From: an uncultured virus (IMG/VR IMGVR_UViG_3300021185_001360)
Taxonomy: Duplodnaviria > Heunggongvirae > Uroviricota > Caudoviricetes
IMG/VR virus record: IMGVR_UViG_3300021185_001360
Length of the DNA stretch: 20,000 nucleotides
Strand: one strand, 5' to 3'
The position numbers were made by a program, and so were the translations under genes. Of this stretch, positions 15,702-20,000 are shown piece after piece; position 1 is the stretch's first letter, and each line of letters opens with the position of its first letter. Under the pieces are notes generated by a model. The model did no database searches, had not been told where the DNA came from, and saw only the letters and a program-made list of their open reading frames with translations.

Positions 15702-16823
15702 TTATTTTCCCTTTTGTGACTTCAAAACTTGTATTTCTTTTTGCAATACTTCTATTGCTTTAGTAAGTCTTGCCAATTCTTTTTCTTGTTTATAGTCAGC
15801 TTTGTCGCCGTCTCTTTCATTCTTTTCTACGTCTGCCAATAAAGCCGATAACACATTGTCTGCCTGCGGATATTTAGTTTTCAACTGAACCAATGCTCTT
15901 GCAGTTTTAGGGTCAAACCCTTTTAACAAATCTTCTGATTTTTCTTTTTCTTTAACAGGAGTTGGTTCATTCCTACGTTGATTAACTTTGGAAGGATCCA
16001 TACCTAATTCAGATGCTTTACGATATTTTGCCATTGTTTTGAGTGCGTATGCTTTCTTTCTGGCTCGTCTTGCCATTGCAGGCGATAATGCTTCACCCAT
16101 ATCCTGCATTAGTTGTGCTTCCATAAGAGACTCATACAACGAATGCTCTTCCCAATTTTCATTTGTAATTCCTTTTTGTAATTTATTTTGAAATAATTGC
16201 ATTACATCTTTTGGAATATTAGGATTGCCATATAAATCTTGTAAAATCTGTTCTAGTGTTGACTCGTCTGCCTTCGCAATCATGTCACGAATTTGGGTAG
16301 CACTATTAATTGCCTGTCCTCTTATTTCGAACTTAAACGTAGGTACTGTAGTAATATATGAATGGTCACGCAATGGTTTAGCATTCTCAATCCCAGGCCA
16401 TTTTTGCATATGAGCAGGTTGTCCTTTTTTAGCACCTCTAGTTAATAGAGCCATACCAGTGTCCGGGAAGTTAAATCTAGGGTCTTCTGCCATATCTTTC
16501 TCTGATACTGCATAAACTATTACGGTCTTATCTGGGTCAAATCTGTCTGTAATCTCTGTAGCAACATAAGGAACTTTACATTGAACGATAGAATTAGGGT
16601 CTACACCAGCTAATTGCATCATCTTTTTCTTCTCTTGGAATGTAAAGGGAGACTTATGATTATCCGTTTTATCAGAAGATGCAATAAATACTTGTGCACC
16701 TTTATATTGTTGTTTTAGATACTTGAATACTTTCCCATGTCCAATGTGAAATGGGTGAAATCTTCCTGGATATATTACAACAAGATTGCTGTTTTCGTTC
16801 TCAAATAAGTCGTATAATCTCAT
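15702..16823 (-). CDS. HIGH-motif nucleotidyltransferase (cytidylyltransferase/NMNAT-like) with coiled-coil C-terminal extension
   Basis: VIYPGRFHPFHIGH, SPF, and NSATQIR (SxTxxR). Leader MRLYDLFE. Glu-rich linker ITNE/NWEE/SLYE/SLME before the helical tail. Confidence 0.8.
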   Translation of the reverse strand: MRLYDLFENENSNLVVIYPGRFHPFHIGHGKVFKYLKQQYKGAQVFIASSDKTDNHKSPFTFQEKKKMMQLAGVDPNSIVQCKVPYVATEITDRFDPDKTVIVYAVSEKDMAEDPRFNFPDTGMALLTRGAKKGQPAHMQKWPGIENAKPLRDHSYITTVPTFKFEIRGQAINSATQIRDMIAKADESTLEQILQDLYGNPNIPKDVMQLFQNKLQKGITNENWEEHSLYESLMEAQLMQDMGEALSPAMARRARKKAYALKTMAKYRKASELGMDPSKVNQRRNEPTPVKEKEKSEDLLKGFDPKTARALVQLKTKYPQADNVLSALLADVEKNERDGDKADYKQEKELARLTKAIEVLQKEIQVLKSQKGK

Positions 16824-16853
16824 GTTTTTCTACCTATAATTAACTGCTATGTG

Positions 16854-16861
16854 TATTTATC
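16854..16861 (-). promoter_or_regulatory. T4-like late promoter motif (GATAAATA)
   Basis: Minus strand AAAGATAAATACAC, just downstream of the terminator and 30 nt upstream of the ATG at 16823. Confidence 0.55.
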
Positions 16862-16869
16862 TTTATTAT

Positions 16870-16896
16870 AAAAAAAGACCCACTCAGAAGTGGGCC
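16870..16896 (-). terminator. Intrinsic terminator closing the small-ORF cassette
   Basis: Minus strand GGCCCACT-TCTG-AGTGGGTC followed by TTTTTTT. Confidence 0.85.
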
Positions 16897-16925
16897 AGTT
16901 AGTTCACAATATGAACAAGGAGACT

Positions 16926-17024
16926 TTAAAAGAAAAAGTATATATTCAGTGAAATCATAACACCTGTTAGTGCTAGACCAAAGATAGTGCTTTTATTGAA
17001 TTCTAGGCTATTTGGATGTCTCAT
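16926..17024 (-). CDS. 32-aa small membrane peptide (not in ORF track)
   Basis: MRHPNSLEFNKSTIFGLALTGVMISLNIYFFF*. SD-like GAGAGG 4 nt upstream of the ATG. One hydrophobic C-terminal segment; fills the gap before the terminator. Confidence 0.6.
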   Translation of the reverse strand: MRHPNSLEFNKSTIFGLALTGVMISLNIYFFF

Positions 17025-17032
17025 GTTACCTC

Positions 17033-17230
17033 TCAATCTAAATCGCATTGCCAATACTTACCATCATACCAAGCACGAAGCCCGCCCAATGGATAATCCG
17101 TATGTTCAAAGAATATGTAAGGACGGCCCTTTGCATCAATTTTCTGTTCTATGATACTGGCTTCTTCTAAAGGTATTAGACGTTCAGCACCAGTATCTTC
17201 GTAAACTGCACTATTAAAAATGCGTATCAT
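17033..17230 (-). CDS. Small hypothetical protein (65 aa), paralog of 17537-17725
   Basis: MIRIFNSA...PYIFFEHTDYPLGGLRAWYDGKYWQCDLD aligns with the 62-aa ORF. Confidence 0.8.
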   Translation of the reverse strand: MIRIFNSAVYEDTGAERLIPLEEASIIEQKIDAKGRPYIFFEHTDYPLGGLRAWYDGKYWQCDLD

Positions 17231-17231
17231 C

Positions 17232-17471
17232 TTACGCCGCCTCTCCGAAAAGTTTGCTCATGTTTGAAAATACTACATTATAAGCATTTGCTTCATACTC
17301 ATAATTATCCCAGAAGTTATCATCATCATTGCCTGATGCACAATGCTCTTCCCAAACACGGTTCATTGCGTTCATTCCTTCTAGTGCATCGCCACGACCA
17401 AAACTTTCGATTGTCTTCCAAGCATCTTCAAAACTTGGTGTTGCTTCATAAAAACTAGGGATTCTAAACAT
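17232..17471 (-). CDS. Small acidic hypothetical protein (79 aa)
   Basis: Has its own promoter and an AG-rich SD. Acidic and aromatic-rich (GNDDDNFWDNYEYEANAY). Confidence 0.75.
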   Translation of the reverse strand: MFRIPSFYEATPSFEDAWKTIESFGRGDALEGMNAMNRVWEEHCASGNDDDNFWDNYEYEANAYNVVFSNMSKLFGEAA

Positions 17472-17504
17472 ATTATTCTCTCTCTTTTGATTAACTATAC
17501 TTAT

Positions 17505-17532
17505 AGTATACAGCGATTCGCTATTTTGTCAA
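17505..17532 (-). promoter_or_regulatory. Early-type promoter P1 with spacer CGAATC box
   Basis: TTGACA-AAATAG-CGAATC-GCTG-TATACT (16-nt spacer). Confidence 0.8.
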
Positions 17533-17536
17533 GTTT

Positions 17537-17725
17537 TTAGTCTAAATCACAAGACCAATGTTCGCCATTATATTCTGCCTTTAACGAACCCATGGGGTAA
17601 TCGCTATGCTCAAATAAGATATAAGGAGAACTATATACTGGACAAATCTTTTGTGTCACTATGTTTACTTCATCTAGTGACAACCAACGTTCTCCGGGGA
17701 TAGCTGAATTAAAAATACGAATCAT
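17537..17725 (-). CDS. Small hypothetical protein (62 aa), paralog of 17033-17230
   Basis: MIRIFNSA...PYILFEHSDYPMGSLKAEYNGEHWSCDLD; SD GAGAGG. Confidence 0.8.
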   Translation of the reverse strand: MIRIFNSAIPGERWLSLDEVNIVTQKICPVYSSPYILFEHSDYPMGSLKAEYNGEHWSCDLD

Positions 17726-17751
17726 TTGAACCTCTCTCTGATTACTTAATT

Positions 17752-17779
17752 AATATAGCACGATTCGTTAATTTGTCAA
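17752..17779 (-). promoter_or_regulatory. Early-type promoter P2 with spacer CGAATC box
   Basis: TTGACA-AATTAA-CGAATC-GTGC-TATATT (16-nt spacer, extended -10 TG). Confidence 0.8.
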
Positions 17780-17781
17780 GT

Positions 17782-18252
17782 TTAAACTAGACTTGTACGG
17801 GTATCGCCTTCAATTTTAAGGACGCATTCGCCTGTACTAAGGTTATCGACATTACCAACAAACTTACCAATAAGATGTTCATATTCTGTTCCTTCCTGAA
17901 ATCCACCAACTATATAGCCACGTTTCATATACCAATCACCTTTGTCATTCTTACGAACAACATTATCAAGGTACAAAGTATCCCAACCTTTTGGGTCGTA
18001 CTCTTTTTGTGATTGTACGTATTCTGATTCAAAGTTATCTTCAACTTGATAACAATCAAAGAAGTTTTCTTCGTATGCTTCGTTTGAAGATGTAACTAAA
18101 TCTATAACGGAAGAAGCCTCATCATAATTGCTGGCTTCAACAACATAGGTGCTACCACCTTTGTTCTTCCAATAAGAAGTAACACCATCCCAATCTGAAT
18201 CATGGGCGGCATAGTTTTCACGGATAGCAGTTTCGATAACAAATTTGTTCAT
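17782..18252 (-). CDS. Hypothetical acidic protein (156 aa)
   Basis: Likely start MNKFVIET at 18252 with SD AAGGAG. Contains ENYAAHD...YWKNKGGSTYVV, of a type seen in phage early proteins; function unknown. Confidence 0.75.
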   Translation of the reverse strand: MNKFVIETAIRENYAAHDSDWDGVTSYWKNKGGSTYVVEASNYDEASSVIDLVTSSNEAYEENFFDCYQVEDNFESEYVQSQKEYDPKGWDTLYLDNVVRKNDKGDWYMKRGYIVGGFQEGTEYEHLIGKFVGNVDNLSTGECVLKIEGDTRTSLV

Positions 18253-18276
18253 AGCTTTCTCCTTCATTATGTATAT

Positions 18277-18304
18277 AATATATCATGATTCGGAGATATG
18301 TCAA
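18277..18304 (-). promoter_or_regulatory. Early-type promoter P3 with spacer CGAATC box
   Basis: TTGACA-TATCTC-CGAATC-ATGA-TATATT (16-nt spacer, extended -10 TG). The -35 overlaps the TGA stop of the upstream gene. Confidence 0.8.
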
Positions 18305-19134
18305 GTTTTTAATAGATGTTTTACTACTTCTTTTTGAAAATTCAACCCAGGATGAGCGCCAGTTACGATGCCTGGTGTGTATCCATGCACTAAAGTATGA
18401 TGAAATTTAGCTATATCTAGTATATCATTGCCTAAATCTAGTGATAATTCAGAGTTTTCTAAGTATCTTTTATGTCTGATACTGAATAAAAGTGAAGGAT
18501 TAACTATTGAATATTTAATTTTATGTTTGTCTAAAAATTCTTTTATAATAGTTTCTTCTTTTGGTATATCTTCATGTACTATTTCATTCCATTTCTTATC
18601 TATAATTTCTAGCAATGATTTATCTAAATCTTTAGTCATGGCTTCTTTAGTAGATGCATTTATATTGATATATTGCCCACCATCATATACAGAAAATCTA
18701 GGATGATGAAAGCCGAATATGTATATATGTTCAGGTTTATGCCTTGAATGTTCAACCCAGTTTTCAATTAGTCGCCATACCATATCAGCGCCTGAACCAG
18801 CAACACCAAAGTTCTTTGTTTTAAAATCTATTTGCTTTTCTAGTATATGAGGCCATGTATGATGAAGTGGTAATCCAATTCCCATTGTATGACTACACCC
18901 AAAACACCATACCTCGTTAGGTTGGTTTTCTAAATGATAGTCTTCATTAGACCTAAAACCATAATTGTTTAGACGTATTTCTAGTGTTAGCAGGTCATTC
19001 CAAGTGTAGTCTTCATCGATATTGAAATGCTTATGGTATTTTTCAGGAAGTTGTTGTAGATTATTTAATTCTGGTATATCAGCTTTCGATATTTCAGGAC
19101 CTAGGTGGCGTCCCATTAACAACTGGTCGTGCAT
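18301..19134 (-). CDS. Hypothetical protein, SGNH hydrolase-like
   Basis: NNYGFRS, CFGCSHTMGIG, NFGVAGSG and C-terminal HPG match SGNH block I/II/V-like patterns. Confidence 0.6.
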   Translation of the reverse strand: MHDQLLMGRHLGPEISKADIPELNNLQQLPEKYHKHFNIDEDYTWNDLLTLEIRLNNYGFRSNEDYHLENQPNEVWCFGCSHTMGIGLPLHHTWPHILEKQIDFKTKNFGVAGSGADMVWRLIENWVEHSRHKPEHIYIFGFHHPRFSVYDGGQYININASTKEAMTKDLDKSLLEIIDKKWNEIVHEDIPKEETIIKEFLDKHKIKYSIVNPSLLFSIRHKRYLENSELSLDLGNDILDIAKFHHTLVHGYTPGIVTGAHPGLNFQKEVVKHLLKT

Positions 19135-19709
19135 TATGAATTGTTTGGGTTAAAAATATGTTTGAAGGCTTCGCTGTTCTTTGCTTCATTGACATTTTTT
19201 ATTGAACCCATGTTGATTAGTACTGTATCTCTGTGATATTCTCTAGTATTTTCATATGAATGAAAACTAGTGGTTGATGGAACAAACGACATTGCACGAT
19301 TTTCTTTCCATTCTACTTGCCCAACAATTCTACTGAACTCAGATGCGTCTTCATGAAATAGTGTTCCTTGATTGAATGCTCCAACATATAACACTGTAGA
19401 CAATCTTTTCCATGGTGAATCGATATGATTTTTATACTTAGCGAATGGTATTTGTCTGTTAGCCCATATGATATAATCATTTGGCGTCATTTCTCGGTCT
19501 GATGCATTCGGCACCTGCTCAAGTAATTTATTGCGTATATTCTGTAATTCATTACCAAAGACATTTCTAACTTCATCTGCTTCTGGTAATGCCTGTAAGC
19601 CACCGTACATGTGTTGCATGTTTTCTTTAATTCTATTATATAACTCTTGAGGTAAAAAGTTATCAATTATTACATAGGGGAACGGTTTCTCAAAATACTG
19701 AATATCCAT
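19134..19709 (-). CDS. 2OG-Fe(II) oxygenase superfamily protein
   Basis: PFPYVIIDNFLP start, H-x-D (HID), distal H (SFHSY), and R for 2OG binding (HRDTVLIN). Confidence 0.8.
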   Translation of the reverse strand: MDIQYFEKPFPYVIIDNFLPQELYNRIKENMQHMYGGLQALPEADEVRNVFGNELQNIRNKLLEQVPNASDREMTPNDYIIWANRQIPFAKYKNHIDSPWKRLSTVLYVGAFNQGTLFHEDASEFSRIVGQVEWKENRAMSFVPSTTSFHSYENTREYHRDTVLINMGSIKNVNEAKNSEAFKHIFNPNNS

Positions 19710-20000
19710 TTAATCTATCCTGACTGCCTTTGCGTTTATTTCTTGCTTACCACCGTAATCTCTAACTGCGGCTTTGATGGCATCTTCTGCCAATACGCTA
19801 CAGTGAATTTTTACTGGAGGCAACGCCAGTTCTTCAACTATTGTTGTGTTCTTAATTTCTTGTGCTTCATCTAATGTCATACCTTTTAGCATTGTTGTTA
19901 CCATGCTTGAACTAGCAATAGCACTGCCGCATCCGTATGTTTTAAATTTTGCATCTTCTATAATTCCTTCATCGTTTACTTTTATTTGTAAACGCATAAC
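19710..20000 (-). CDS. iscU: Fe-S cluster scaffold IscU/NifU-N (5' end outside the window)
   Basis: VMRLQIKV...AKFKTYGCGSAIASSS...ELALPPVKIHCSVLAEDAIKAAV, including the LPPVK HscA-binding motif. The frame is open to the window edge. Confidence 0.95.
   Translation of the reverse strand, partial: VMRLQIKVNDEGIIEDAKFKTYGCGSAIASSSMVTTMLKGMTLDEAQEIKNTTIVEELALPPVKIHCSVLAEDAIKAAVRDYGGKQEINAKAVRID

Noticed and set aside
17718..17724. Extra TGATTCG in the first codons (ATG ATT CGT) of the 62-aa gene
   Set aside because: The paralog uses ATG ATA CGC and GANTC occurs elsewhere in coding sequence, so chance is sufficient; only the position-fixed promoter copies are treated as signal.
17505..18304. Three AAACTTGACA...CGAATC repeats as a CRISPR array or recombination sites
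   Set aside because: They are separated by full ORFs of unequal length and match -35/-10 promoter geometry.
807..18706. All plus-strand ORFs in the track (e.g. 807-1025, 1317-1655, 2298-2615, 4547-4852, 7638-8063, 12517-12834, 18428-18706)
   Set aside because: They lie antisense to well-supported minus-strand genes, are Ser/Leu/Phe-rich shadow translations and show no recognisable motifs.
1..20000. tRNA or rRNA genes suggested by the tRNA-related enzymes
   Set aside because: Intergenic gaps are short and explained by promoters and terminators; no cloverleaf with a T-loop GTTCRA pattern was recognised. tRNAscan-SE would confirm.

Overview
AT-rich, gene-dense window with all credible genes on the minus strand. 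It looks like part of a large T4-like or jumbo myovirus genome; an alphaproteobacterial host is inferred, not shown. Reading in transcription direction (right to left): (i) an IscU scaffold, a 2OG-Fe(II) oxygenase and an SGNH-like gene; (ii) a cassette of small ORFs behind three near-identical sigma70-type promoters, each with a position-fixed CGAATC (YGATTCG) box in a 16-bp spacer, closed by an intrinsic terminator; (iii) a block preceded by GATAAATA late-promoter-like motifs, where five proteins start with a T4 capsid-targeting-like leader (M-[KR]-L-x-[EDQ]...E). One of these is a 1247-aa multi-enzyme protein (ParB/Srx, RelA/SpoT-type HD hydrolase, ParB/Srx, GNAT, CCA-adding enzyme, unknown domain, HAD nucleotidase) with Glu-ending linkers; (iv) a replication and DNA-modification block with a DsbA-like protein, family B DNA polymerase, SGNH-like protein, small N6-adenine methyltransferase, sliding clamp, TGT/DpdA-like transglycosylase, DUF465-like protein and a QueD/DpdL-like T-fold enzyme. 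The main candidates for novelty are a putatively virion-packaged, protease-processed polyprotein for tRNA 3'-end repair and alarmone hydrolysis, GANTC/GcrA-type boxes in the early promoters, and a possibly clamp-tethered 7-deazaguanine DNA modification system. All family calls come from motif recognition by eye, not from database searches.
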